64,000 nucleotides of DNA from Eledone cirrhosa (Eukaryota). Below are positions 15,935-30,041 of this stretch, one piece after another. The first letter of the stretch is position 1, and each line of letters begins with the position of its first letter. The translations under genes were made by a program, and so were the position numbers. Below the pieces are notes generated by a model. That model was not told the origin of the DNA. It was given only the letters and a program-made list of their open reading frames with translations, and ran no database searches. The DNA lies in assembly GCA_964016885.1 (NCBI GenBank), contig OZ024742.1, positions 351,850,001 to 351,914,000 of the forward strand. Reading direction: 5' to 3'.

Positions 15935-17280
15935 TATATCAAACGTGAATACAGTTATTATATATATCAAACGTTATTATATATATCAAACGTGAATACA
16001 GTTATTATATATATCAAACGTGAATACATTTATTATATATATCAAACGTTATTATATATATCAAACGTGAATACAGTTATTATATATATCAAACGTAAAT
16101 ATAGTTATTATATATATCAAACGTAAATACAGTTATATATATATATCAAACGAGAATACAGTTATTATATATATCAAACGTAAATACAGTTATATATATA
16201 TATATATCAAACGAGAATACAGTTATTATATATATCAAACATGAATACAGTTATTATATATATCAAACATGAATACATTTATTATATATATCAAACGTGA
16301 ATACAGTTATTATATATATCAAACGTAAATATAGTTATTATATATATCAAACGTAAATACAGTTATTATATATACCAAACGTAAATATATTTATTATATA
16401 TATCAAACGTAAATATATTTATTATATATATCAAACGTAAATATATTTATTATATATATCAAACGTAAATATATTTATTATATATATCAAACGTAAATAC
16501 AGTTATTATATATACCAAACGTAAATATATTTATTATATATATCAAACGTAAATACATTTATTATATATATCAAACGTAAATATATTTATTATATATATC
16601 AAACGTAAATATATTTATTATATATATCAAACGTAAATATATTTATTATATATATCAAACGTAAATATATTTATTATATATATCAAACGTAAATATATTT
16701 ATTATATATATCAAACGTAAATACATGTATTATATATATCAAACGTAAATATATTTATTATATATATCAAACGTAAATACATTTATTATATATATCAAAC
16801 GTAAATACATTTATTATATATATCGAAGGTAAATACAGTTATTATATATATCAAACGTAAATATATTTATTATATATATTAAACGTAAATACATTTATTA
16901 TATATATCGAAGGTAAATACAGTTATTATATATAGCAAACGTGAATACAGTTATTATATATATCAAACGTAAATATAGTTATTATATATATCAAAGGTAA
17001 ATACATTCATTTTATATATCAAAGGTAAATACAGTTATTATATATATCAAACGTGAATACTGTTATTATATATATCAAACGTAAACACAGTTATTATATA
17101 TATCAAACGTAAATACATTCATTTTATATATCAAAGGTAAATACAGTTATTATATATATCAAACGTGAATACTGTTATTATATATATCAAACGTAAACAC
17201 AGTTATTATATATATCAAACGTAAATACATTCATTTTATATATCAAAGGTGAATACAGTTATTATATATATCAAACGTAA
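15935..17280. repeat. 28-bp minisatellite (CAAACGTRAATAYAKTTATTATATATAT), about 48 units
   Basis: Period of 28 directly visible (e.g. CAAACG at 16404 and 16432); remnant units at ~14855-14927. Confidence 0.95.
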
Positions 17281-17686
17281 AGACGAGAAGAATGACCATT
17301 CAATCGTGATTCCAACGACATACATCATATATGTGCAGGACAAGTTATTATCCTAAATTTCTATTAATTCGCATTAATCCAAATTCAGCTGTCCATCCAC
17401 ACCTAAAGGAAATCTGGCACGAATATAAAAACTGTTTCGGCTATTAGGTAGGAAATAATGTGAGGAAAAACGGAGGTCTCCTTTAGTAGGACTTTTGGAA
17501 GAAAACATCTGCTGCAGCAATAAGATTGAAAATGCTCTATAACAGCTTAAATTGATTGGCAATGATAAATGATGTCGAATACTTCCAGTGTGTCCAATTG
17601 CAACTGGGGGGCTCTTTACGTGGTGTGGACTTATTGATAGTTGGGACAAACACGCAGTAGCTAGAATGTCAACATTATTGCTACAT

Positions 17687-17802
17687 GTTCAAAACCCGCC
17701 GAGGTTAACTTTGCCTTTCATCCTTACGAGGTCGATAAAATAAAGCACCAGTAATACACTGGGATAATTTCTGGCCTTGTGCCAAACGTAGAAACAATTA
17801 TT
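17687..17802 (+). mobile_element. SINE, 5'-truncated, with target-site duplication ATTATTGCTACATGTT
   Basis: ATTATTGCTACATGTT occurs on both sides (~17674 and ~17797). Confidence 0.88.
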
Positions 17803-19220
17803 GCTACATGTTACTTGGCTGAAGAAGACCGATGGTTTAAGAGACCACAGTATCTTACGAACCTCCGGTTAATGTGGAAATCTAGCTCAGTTTTACATTG
17901 ACATTTCACAAGGTATGTAAAGTCAGTATACTTGAACTTATGCATTTCCAATATCTAGGTACTGATTAGAGTGGGCACTATACACAGGAACATACTAACT
18001 TTGACGTGGTTATATGAACATTCATAGTAAAATACAAACCGTATGCACAAAGACATTGATTCTTCGACTGAATATCAGTTTTAATATGGCAAATTATTGC
18101 CTGTTTGTACATTTGTAAACGTGAATTTGTACGTGTTGTATATTTCCATCTAATTCGATGTATTGAAAGAAAATGCATTGTTACCACAAAAAGAACTATA
18201 GTACAGTAATCCACGAGTGATTGCGTAATATCTTCAAAGTCAATACTTGTCCACGTGAAATATTGAAAGAAGAAATTTTATTCCACTCCTATATATTTCC
18301 CAAAGTGCAGACTTCTTGAACTGATGTTGCTCTTTGACTGAATATAATAATTCAATAATTCAATATAACGTACATCGCAATATGAGTGTATTACCTGGAC
18401 TGGGGATGTGCATACGTTAATCTATTTACTTTTCGATATTTAACTTCATATTTCACATGTCAGTCGGATTACATAAAAGCTAACACAAAGGAAGAATTTT
18501 AAACACACTACGTGTGTTATAGCTATATACACTCTACTCAATATATATACCTTAGCTTCATTCACATATATGTAATGTGTGAATCGAGGTTTGCCTTTAT
18601 ATAAGCAGGGTATACAGACATTGAAATTATGTAATATATCCAATGAGTAATACAACATTTAATATAATATAAATATTACATTAATAGGAATTAAGCTATG
18701 ACATTTTCAAGTAACACAGTCCTGTCTTTCCGAATCACAATGTGTGGAGTAATTCCATGAGCTCCTTCCTCGTATAGAGAAATGTTCGTATAGCGGTAGA
18801 AATATTTTAACTGTAAACAGAATAGTTGAAGACTGAAGCTAATCCCAGTTTGGTTTTGGTATGAACGAACTATATAGCATCTTCCTTACAATAAGCACAA
18901 CTGAAGCAGATTAAGTCTTCAAGAACGTAAAGATTTTGAGGTGAAACTTGCATTCAAGCATTGAATGATTATTTATCATACATATATATATGTGTGTGTG
19001 TGTTTATGTGTGCGTGTGATGTGTGCGTGTGTGTTTGTGTGGATGTGTGTGTGTGTATGTGTGCGTGAGTGCGATTCAGTAAATAAGTAGTCGATATACT
19101 ACACGGAGTATCATGTCAACAAGTCACAATTTCCGAAAACTTCTAGATAAGGTGAAGCGCAGGTTAATCTACAGTGATTTTTGTATCTCTCTCTCGCCCT
19201 CTCCCTCCCTCTTTCTCTCC

Positions 19221-19346
<126 letters not shown>

Positions 19347-19623
19347 GTATATTCATGCATATATATTTACATACATGGCGTCCTCTCTGAACGGCTGCTA
19401 TGGTTTATCCTTGGACATGATGCTTAATTACACTTTGCTCCAGCATTAATTCCAGGGTCAATACTTGTCTCAGTGTGTGTCAGGCTGAATCTCCCGAGAA
19501 ATACGTTAAGATTGCCAATGTTTCTGGAAGGTTAATTTCAGGCGCGGACATTTTAGTCGATTAGTTGAAGTAGAACACTCGTCGTCGGAGACGGAGGAAG
19601 CCCAACAGCACTATATATGTAAG

Positions 19624-19687
<64 letters not shown>

Positions 19688-21243
19688 ATGGGGGGGGGGG
19701 TCGTATACCCATTGAGAAGTTATAGGAAAAATATTTATGTGATTGTCTACAATATTATTACATAAAATATACGTAGAACTGGGAAACTGAATGAAATAGC
19801 CTGTTATGCTGTCTAGCTTCTTATGTTTCACAGTCACTACATATTACACAGATATATAAAGGAAATATACGTTATACAGGTCAGCACTAGCTTTAATAGA
19901 GTGAATCATTCACTAATAAATAACTATGACTTCAAAAATGGCAACCTATTGACTCGATTGTTTATATTGATGTTTGCCTTGAATAAATATTTGTCGTTTA
20001 CATAGTTTCCGTTCCTCTTTCTTTGGTTATAGTTAACATCAATACATTGCTCTCTACACTGTTATCTACAATAGTGTTAATGATTTCATATTATATACTA
20101 TAACCTCTTCTATCTCCCAGCATAAGATTATGTATTATTTACATTATGTCTCACTTCGTGTAATATGGCAGTAATCGGTGACAACTTCATATACTTCTAT
20201 TCATCAAACGTATTTATCGATACTAGCCAACATGAAATTCAAATATTTTGCTTTTGATGTTGGTTTGTTAAACATGCCACCAGACAAAGACGGCATATTG
20301 TTTCTAGTTTATGCAATATAAATATTCTAGATAAAAGCCTTTTTCTTTTATACATAAATAAAATGTCTTCCGAAGCAACAATGATTTTTTTGACATTATA
20401 TATTATGTACACAGCAATGTAGGAAAACAATGTTTACGTCGTCTTTATTACCACACATATAATGTTATTCAAACAACTAATCTTAGCTGCATTTCTTCAA
20501 GTACGTTATAATGAATAGTCTGTTTTTTTCATATATTTTTTAGGTTTATTATCTTGTCGAGTTGATGTAAGTTGTAATAATATTTTCTTTGATTTTCCTA
20601 ATCTGTTTGAATTTCTTCTGTTTTTGTCATCCTTGTATTACCGTTACAATATATCAGCGAATTTAAAGCACAGTCAATGGAGATTTACTGAAATATAATA
20701 ATGCGTTATCTATTCTTATCATTTATTTTCAACTGACATTAATTTCTTTGTGACTCAAAGCAACACGAATCGACATGGCGTCGAATATATCGCTTGTGAG
20801 ACGACATATCGCATATATTAAACTTCAATATAAGCTGCAGCTGTCTGTGACAGAGACATGTAGCTATGCGGATTAGTTTAACTGTCTGAAAATATTTGTT
20901 TTCTTAGAAACATAATGTCATTTGGAGCAGTCTTAAATTTATATTTTCTTTGCTTAGCCTCAAAACTGTACACCTTCCCCAGCAATTGAATGAATCAGAT
21001 TCTCATTTAAACTAAATTCAGTTCGAAGTTTCGAAATATTCTAAAGCGCTTCATCGGACCCTATATTTTATAGATTTTCAAAAACTATTTCAAGTACAAT
21101 AAATATCACGCAGTTTTGGAAATAATGTTCTGGAGAAAGTTATATCGGAAATTTGTGATTCTTCTAAAATGATTCCAAATGTTTCATTTAAAGTCGCATG
21201 TATATATTTTGAGAACATAACAGCATATACATATTGTTTTTAG

Positions 21244-21593
21244 AGGATTGGCAGTATCGGTAGAGCATCGGACAGCATGCTTTGGAGAAAAGAGGTACAC
21301 TCCTTTTCTTTTTGTGTTCAAATCCCACCTACTTTAGCTTTGTCATTCATCCTTACGGGGTCGATAAAATAAAGCACCTGTCAAGCACAGTGGTCTAATT
21401 ATTCGACCCCCCCCCACACACACACACTTCGAATCCCTGGCATTGTCCTTGAGGGTTGGACGCCATGCTCTCTAGCATAGTTACGTCCCTTTACATTCTG
21501 AGTTCAAATCACGCCGAGGTTAACTTTGCTTCCATCATTACGGGGTCGATAAAATAAAGTACCAGTAATGTACTAGTTAAAGTAGAAACAATT
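21244..21593 (+). mobile_element. Two tandem SINE copies
   Basis: A long-variant copy (21244-21448) followed by a truncated copy (21451-21593). Confidence 0.85.
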
Positions 21594-21956
21594 ACTAGTA
21601 GTAGTACTAGTAGTATTTTTATCATAAGAAAACATTTTGAAACATTAGAATTCCTGTGGTCAAAATAATCGAATTCTCATTATTATTTCTTTTTAATGTT
21701 ATTGGATTCCACATAGGTAGAGTGTGGAACACAATAGTCTATTTAGATATGTGTATTTACATTCCCCATCCAATTATTAATGGGCCAATTGATCTATTGA
21801 TCCTATTATGATTAATTGACACTCAAGTACTAACAATGTACCGTATAATAACGCTATGAGGACAACAGGGAAACATCTTAACACTCATTATTATTGTCAT
21901 CTGTTATAGATGAACATATATTAACTATATCCTACAGACATAAGTTATACAATAGA

Positions 21957-22020
<64 letters not shown>

Positions 22021-22024
<4 letters not shown>

Positions 22025-22839
22025 AGGATGAATATAAAATGAAAGTGCTTTTGTTAAAAAAGGAATCTATTAGGTATTGACATATGTTTCTGTAACAGAC
22101 CGAATACCTATGTATCGCTGCTTGCGTAATCATATAATGTTAGCAAGTATTCGATAGCAAATGTATAATCAGTTGTCCCTTCTTCAGAGATTTTGGATAA
22201 ATTGGATAAAATCAGAAAAATTGAAGTATTTATATTAGTAAAGGAGGAAGGAACAGAGGGGATAGTATATGACAGATGGTAAATTAATTTACTGCTAAAC
22301 AAGTATATAATGGGTTTCTAATGAGAATACCATGAGTAAATCTAAATAAGAATTTTTGGAGTGCCAATTTTAATCTCTACTTGACCAACTGGACAGTGGA
22401 CAGGGCTGGTCATTTGGTGCAGTAGTATTAATTATAAAGTGTCAATTGGGGAAAGGGGGAGATTTCGATTGCTACTAAATAACATCAATGCTAGTAGCCA
22501 GCTGGTATATGCATTAGGGAATTGAATCAAGAAATCAGAAATCTCATTTTATCTATAGCAGTTTGTATTAAAAGGTAAATAATAGAAGAGTTGATAGAAT
22601 TAAGACTAATAAAGAATGTTAATATCTATTTTGACAATCAAACGGGGATAGAGACAGGCGTTCAATCCTGGTAGTATTTATAATATGAAAATGTAGATTT
22701 TAAGCGATGGTTACAGTATAACGATCGCTCTATTCTACATTTTCTCCGGAATATAAGTTATACTCGTTGAGCAAACCTGCACGTACGCTGTTCATCTCTA
22801 ACGTAACGATATATTATCACTACATTATTGATAACCTGA

Positions 22840-22845
<6 letters not shown>
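22021..22845 (+). mobile_element. Possible decayed Penelope-like element ORF end (RT thumb + GIY-YIG endonuclease) between (TA)n tracts
   Basis: LTYVSVTDRI..RCLRNH from 22077 (thumb-like LPY...I.R.LR); GIVY-x11-YI at 22259; later VNWG and RLIK. Multiple stops and frameshifts. Confidence 0.4.
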
Positions 22846-22926
<81 letters not shown>

Positions 22927-24289
22927 CATAAGTAATAGAATAAAAGGTGGAGAATCGATAAAATCGGGCAGATCTGGTTGAATACAAAAGTAGAGGAAAG
23001 GTCTATAAATGCCATAAATGAGAAGAAAACGAGGAGGAGAGAAAGGAATATTAGGCAATGGAAGAGAGAGAGAGAGAGTGAAGAGAAATGTAATTAATGT
23101 GTTTCCAATTATTTGATACATACTCTTTGAGCCAAATGCAGAGAAATAATTAGAAACGTTAATGTCTATTTGGAATTCATTCCGTAGATTTTTTTACTTG
23201 TAGGTTTTCTGGTCATTGTCTCTAAACATTTATCATTTTATACACCTTATATGTTTTATGGCGCTACCATGTTTATATCGAAACCAAATTTCGAGCAGAA
23301 GAACAAAACTATAATCGGTGGTTGAATAATTTAATTACACTCAACACAGCAGAAAAAAATAACGAATTAGAAAATAAATAAGAGAAACCTCCTAATTACG
23401 TTCTAATGTCTCGTTCAATAACTTATTCGGCAATCTGTCAATGAAGCCATACTGATATATCTGCCAAGATCTCTCGAATTTAAAGTTGAGGTTAATTCAG
23501 GTAGACACTCTTTCCTAGTTAAACTGAAGTAAAATTACATTAATAAGTGTACGTGCTTTTCTTACTATTTAACAGCATTTCTTTAATATTTAATTCCATC
23601 GAATTTCCGCCCTCAGAGGAATGTATAGTTAAAATATAATTCAATAGTTTTTTAATGTCGTGATCTTTCAGGTATATTCCAATAGTAAATAAGGCGGCTT
23701 GGCTTAAACAGCACATTTAAATTTCATCGGATTGTTCCGGGTTAATCCGAATCAAATCAACATTATGCTGACAGCTTTTCATCTCTGACGCCTTTTTTAT
23801 ATTAGAATATATATTACCTTCAGATAAAATGAAAAATATCCTCTGCAATGTTGAAGAGAGTAGAATGCAAATACAAACTGAGAAACATATATCTTGGGAG
23901 GATCCATAAAAAAATGGGAAGACTTTCTTATTTGGATGTCACAGTTGACTCAATAGGGGTTTGTCTCTTTCTGTTTAATTTATAGTGTATGGCATATAAT
24001 TTGTTGTTGATGATATCACTTACAAAAACAAGAAATATATTCTAAATAATGTTAAATTGCTTTTCACTGAATCACGTTTATACTTAAATAAATGTGTACA
24101 TGAATTATCCCATTTACTTTCTACATGGTTTGCTGCAACGAAACACGAATTTTATATCTAATTGAAATAAACCGAGCGGTTGTATTTCAAGAAAGGAAGA
24201 ATTCTTTAGTGAACTATAACTTTTGTTAATTTATCCCATTTTCGAAAAACAAACATCATTTTCATATTTGTTGATGTGTAAATGAGAAC

Positions 24290-24500
24290 GAGCGTAGCTT
24301 TTTGATAGGGTGTTTGGATGACAATCATGATTTCGATTCTCGGTGGCACGTAGTATCCTTGAGGATGACACTTCATTTCACTTTGCCCCAGTCCACATCA
24401 GTAAAAAAATGAGTTGTGCCTGAATTTCCCTAAGAAATATGTTAAGGGTACGCATGACTGTGGAATGCTCAGCCACTTGCAAGTTAATAGTACAAACTTA
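24290..24500 (+). mobile_element. Second, older SINE family (related copy at ~19395-19595)
   Basis: Shared TCCTTG...CACTTTGCYCCAG...CTGAATYTCCC..AGAAATAYGTTAAG blocks; B-box-like TTTCGATTC. Confidence 0.55.
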
Positions 24501-25435
24501 GACATAAACACGCTGATGTTAAGCTAACTACATACAATTCTGACATTAGCCGGAACAGTTCATTGTCGAATAATTACTTCAAATATAGTTTGGCCACGTT
24601 TCATCGCAAACAAATTTACCGAACATCCGTCAACTGAAGTTACGAATAAATTTCATCGACGATAATTTTCTCGGATTCTGAAACTCACTGTACAGTGATT
24701 TATATTTTAGCTGAGTATCTTTTATCGTGATGTATTATTTCACTTCTTTGCTAGTGAAGTATTGATCGAAAGTGGCTTCACTCTGTAGCACTTTTACAAC
24801 ACAATAACATAAACGCGTGTATTAGTCTGTCGGTGAATGAGTCAACAAGTTACACCTTTATAATGACATGACATCTATCAGTGTGTCTTGTAAGGATTTC
24901 ATGTGAATGCTTGTTTTTCTGTTGATTCAAGTATATATGTGTTTGTTTGTTTTTTAGCTGTGGTTTATTATTTCATGTAGGTGAACAGTTGTCATAGGGT
25001 TATAATGTTGCTGACGTTAGAAATACTAATCAACCATTTTAAATAGACGACTATGTAATCAATATAATGGATAATCTCTTCAGTATGAAGAATTTCGTAT
25101 GTTTAGATATGTAGTTCTTGCTATATAAGTAGTGTTAAGTAATTGTGATGGAAATATTATTTAGGATCATTATAGAATGGCATAGTTGGCTGAGGGGAAT
25201 TTTATGTATTGTGAATGTTAGTTTAGATTCAATCCCCTCCAATAAATATTCCGACGTCTATGTTTGCTGAAAGCATACAAGTACAGAGCATTACCTACTG
25301 TAAGACATTTCCCACTTGTTTAAACTCTCTACCAGTCAATAATTGCAATAGCATATCGTTTATGTTGTAATACTTCTCAGTTTAAAGTAAAACGTTTCCA
25401 ATAGAAAGTAAAATATATTTTGGTTTTAAAATTAC

Positions 25436-26070
25436 CAACATTGGTGGTTGACATGGTGGCCGGGCTGTTGATTATAGTGGTGTTTCTGGTGTTGACAGGT
25501 GGTGTCATTGTTGGTGATCATGGTGCTGGTGTTGTTATTGTTGGTGTTGGTAATGTTGTTTTTGGTGTCGTAGCTGGTGTTGTTGATGGTGTTGTCGAAG
25601 GTGCTGTTGTTGGTGGTGTTGCTATTGTAGTTGTTGTTAATGGTATTGTTGATGCTGATGTTGTTGGGGTTGTTGATGGTGTTGTTGAAGGTGCTATTGT
25701 TGGTGGTGTTGTTTCTGGTGGTGTTACTTGTGGTGTTGCTATTGTGGTGCCGGTGTTGGTGGTCATAGTGCTGGTGTTGTTATTGTTGATATTGGTAATG
25801 TTGTTTTTGGTGTTGTAGTCGGTGTTGTTGATGGTGTTGTTGAAGGTGCTGTTGTTTGTGGTGTTGCTATTGTGGTTGTTGTTGTTGGTATTGTTAATGG
25901 CGATGTTGTTGGTGTCATTGTTGGTGGTGTTCTTGTTTTTGCTGTTGTTGTTTTGGTGGTGTTGATATACGTGAGGGTTTGGGCGGTGGGAGAGGTGTTG
26001 GTGATTTTGATACAAATAAATGATTTACTTTACATTGGGACATTTCTCTGCCAAATCATATAAAACATGT
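25436..26070 (-). pseudogene. Thr/Pro-rich mucin-like exon, disrupted
   Basis: ...FIC IKITNTSPTAQ...TTAPSTTPSTTP... ending at a phase-1 donor G|GTAATT (25436); in-frame TGA at 25763-25765 and 25518-25520; a frameshift between two internal repeats 245 bp apart. Confidence 0.55.
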
Positions 26071-26422
26071 TCCAAATATATCAAATATATCATTGATGTC
26101 GCTTTTTCAAGAGAGGAGTGTACAGTATACAAACATACATTACAATTGATTTATATCTCTATTTTATGTTTATAATAATAGAATTATCTGTTTTATGGTA
26201 ATAAATTGGAATACTGTTCCATTCTATTTTTTTTTTTTTTTTTAGTATGACCTGGAGACATTCAAGACTACAGTAACCTAATTCTGTTCAACTTAAATAT
26301 TCCCCTTTCATAGTAGTTTACTATATGTCACTTTACATTTTGTCTCTAGCTACCTGCCGGCGAAACAATTGTAACACGCAATAAATTGAGTCCAAATGGA
26401 TCACTGATTTTTCGTTCTTTTA

Positions 26423-26458
<36 letters not shown>

Positions 26459-26788
26459 TTGAGATTGGTTGGTTTACCACTGGATAGAACTGGTCATTCC
26501 ATATGGTCAACCTCGATGTAATGTTATGGAAAGCACCGAACGTAATGCATCTCACCAGTCTTCATTTGTGTAGTTGGTGGTGCGTGTACGGAGTTAATTA
26601 TTGTAAAATAACAGGAGGTTGGACTCGTGTAATTCCCTAAAAAGTGTATTATACTATGATCGTTTCAATGACCGGGTTCTGTAGGGCGGCCGACCAAGGT
26701 AGAAGCTGTTAAATGTTCGGTCGCCCTCATGTCTCTGATTTTCAGCCCCATGGATTTTGTCTATTATATTCCTCTGTCATATTTCGAT

Positions 26789-26844
26789 TACCTGATGATG
26801 TGACCGGATTCATACTGGACCCGGTTATTGAAATGATCATAGTA
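26789..26844 (+). ncRNA. Type I hammerhead ribozyme within an inverted-repeat element (26457-26895)
   Basis: CTGATGA 26792-26798; stem II GTGACCGG/CCGGTTAT; GAAA; palindromic ATGATCAT; AUA site; short stem I TAC/GTA. 26606-26679 is an inverted copy of 26817-26891. Confidence 0.72.
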
Positions 26845-26890
26845 TAATAAACCTTTTAAAGAATTACACGAGTCCAGCCTCCTGTTATTT

Positions 26891-26930
<40 letters not shown>

Positions 26931-27442
26931 TTAGATGTCTGGCAATCGGAAGTTTCTTTCGCTTGAAAACTTATCAAAATGTGATACGATGATTTCGAGT
27001 CTTCACTCACTTTCCGACTGGAAGTCAACTTAATATATAACTCCTATATGACACGGAATAGAAATAAATGATATTTTCATACCGTTTATAGAGTAGCTGA
27101 CTTCTCATAAATATCTCATGAGCATTAAATTGCATAACAAATTGATGTTGTCTCTAAGGGTAGTAAAACACTGGTATAACATATACAACCACTTAGAAAG
27201 TGATGTACATTTACACAGCGATATGATTATATAAATATTTAACATTATATAATAGTACACAGACACCGATACCACACACACACATATATATATACATATA
27301 TATATAAATAAATATATATATATATATATATATTAAAATAACGGATTAAGGTTTAAGCAAAGAAACGCTGCTTTGACACTTATACAAAAGGCAACACAGC
27401 AAATAACACAGTTCAATGAAGAAAAATATATTATCAGTGTTG

Positions 27443-27480
<38 letters not shown>

Positions 27481-28432
27481 TGTATAAAATATTATTGACC
27501 CTAGTACTTAATGGCACTTTATTGTATCGAAGCCGAATGGTGGAAATGTTAAGAAGTCTTCATCAGTATCTGAACATAAAATATAGGAAATCGTATTCAT
27601 TTCCTGCGAAGGATTTCAACGCCCAATCCATACTGCCACTCTATATTCAGTCATATTTTTTTTTAAATAGTTCTACCAAATATTTCTATGGAGAACTTTT
27701 ATTTTCTTTGAAGTGTGTAGGTGGGGGTTGGTGGTGGAGAAATAAAGCGATCAATATAATTAAACCTCACATACTTATTGGTTCGAATAAAATTTGTTTT
27801 TACTAGGAAATATCATTATCGATTTAAACGCAACTAAGCATCTAAAATTGGGGGCTTTGTTCTAAAGAAGACGTTTTTGTTCATAATAGAATATTAATAT
27901 ATGTAGTAATGGTATGTGGAAAGGGAATATTGTTTCAGCATTGGGTAAAACGATTCGTAGTAATTCTACCGGAACTCTAAATCTTGTGTTGAAACAGCAT
28001 CAATATAGTTTTTACTTTCGTCCTTTTCTTGTGAGTAAACGACATAACACCCACGAAATAGGATAATTTTAACATAATTAAAGTACAAAATTGCAAACCA
28101 CGAATATTGAAATTAATATGTATATTGTTAATAATTTTAAGGCGATGAAGTGGCAGAGTTATTTAGACGTCCAATCTAAAGACACGTGTTTTTTCTCAAG
28201 GTCATTGAACATAGATTTCAACTCATATCGAGGTGAATAAATAGAGAACACATTTACTACACTGGCTGGCTATCTCCTTTTCTTTCTCTCTGTCTCGTTC
28301 TTCGTCATAACTGGAAATAATCCAGTTGGGGAATGTGTTCAGAGTTGTTTAAAATGCTTTACTAAGTACACCCCCAGCATATATCACGGGTTCAGAGAAT
28401 ACTAGGTGTTGTTATACTATAATATACTAGAA

Positions 28433-29383
28433 CTAGCAGTAAAGCCCGGCGTTGCTCGGGGTCGCTCAGTAGCTGTGTTAAAGTTACAATGTTAAGTTTC
28501 TTTATTGGCTTAAAAACTGTAGTGTCTACTGTGCAGACTTGCAAGTGGTGTTTTTGATTAATATTCCCTCAACCAACAATATGCCTTATGAAGTTAAGAA
28601 AACATAACGATAACCCGAATGTTATAACAAAAGACGATGCTGGGGATAGAAACTGCACTGGTTATTTATTAACAAAGATCGAAAATGTAAACACTGCAAC
28701 GCAGAGAAAAACATTAGCGTAACCATATTATCAGTTATGTCTGTCTGCACGCCTATATCACCTCTCTGCACGACTGTCTGTCTGCACGCCTATATCACCT
28801 CTCTGAACGACTGTCTGTCTGCACGCCTATATCACCTCTCTGCACGACTGTCTGTCTGCACGCCTATATCACCTCTCTGCACGACTGTCTGTCTGCACGC
28901 CTATATCACCTCTCTGCACGACTGTCTGTCTGCACGACTGTCTGTCTGCACGCCTAACGACGAAATATTTGCTTGTTTTACGTAGTCTTTAAATAGACTT
29001 GTTTTCAAGTAAAAATATTGTTTTAAAATGCTTTTAAATGGAAATGAAGCAAAACGGATGTTTAGTGTTCGAACTGATGAATTTTACAGGTCAATATTTT
29101 GCTGGCTCGACAACTGTTAAAGCCAGCGTAATTTTTTACGTAAGACGCTCAATGTAAACAGAACAAAGGGAAATAACTGATAACTTACGCTCAAAAATCG
29201 ATACATTATATTCGGTTTCGTCACATAGGGTGGGTCAATTTGAAATATTTTTTTTCCGATGTCTTCGCTAGGGCTCAATGTACAAGTATAGCAATTTTGG
29301 TGCAATTCCGTGAGAGATTCTAAGAGGAGATGTGTGCCAAAAATCGATAGACAGACAGACAACCACAGTTTTATATATATAGA
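28433..29383 (-). mobile_element. Non-autonomous Helitron
   Basis: Minus strand reads A|TCTATATATATAAAA...CCCGAGCAACGCCGGG hairpin...CTAG|T: canonical TC/CTAG ends, subterminal hairpin, AT target, no TSD. Contains (GACA)n and an internal minisatellite. Confidence 0.85.
28737..28955. repeat. 37-bp minisatellite inside the Helitron (5 units plus a partial)
   Basis: GCCTATATCACC at 28751, 28788, 28825, 28862, 28899. Confidence 0.95.
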
Positions 29384-29571
29384 TTATGTTTGATCTAGTA
29401 ATATCAGGACAGGGTTAATATTGCTTCATTTCACTATTCAGATTATGTCAGATGTCATTAATAAAAATAGAAAAGTTATAGCCTTCGATATTATCTTACT
29501 CATTTGCAAACTTTATTTCTTTGAATATAAACACACGCAAACACAAATACTCACTGCCCCCGCCCAGTAAT

Positions 29572-29657
<86 letters not shown>

Positions 29658-29929
29658 TATATATATATAGATGTTTGTGTGTATATATGCATATAAACAC
29701 ACTCACTCACACACACATATATATTTATATATAACGAAGGAAATGTGGTAAGGAACCAGATGGACCATAACGCACCAAAGTACTCAATACTTAGTGTAGA
29801 AGAGTTGGGAATATGAACGAGCAGGACCGCCACGACTGAGCTCAAGCCGTTTCGTCGGCTAATTCTGGACGTCCAGAATTAGCCGTCAAAATGGCTTGAG
29901 CTCAGCCGTCGGGGTCCTATTCGTTCCTA

Positions 29930-29967
<38 letters not shown>

Positions 29968-29970
29968 CAC

Positions 29971-30041
<71 letters not shown>

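Noticed and set aside
15935-17280. 28-bp repeats as a CRISPR or telomeric array
   Set aside because: No spacers and no telomeric motif; ordinary minisatellite.
23818-23877. Short minus-strand segment with AG/GT boundaries as an exon
   Set aside because: No recognisable protein motif; such sites arise by chance in AT-rich DNA.
28737-28955. 37-bp repeats as a CRISPR array
   Set aside because: Head-to-tail with no unique spacers, inside a Helitron in eukaryotic DNA, no cas genes.
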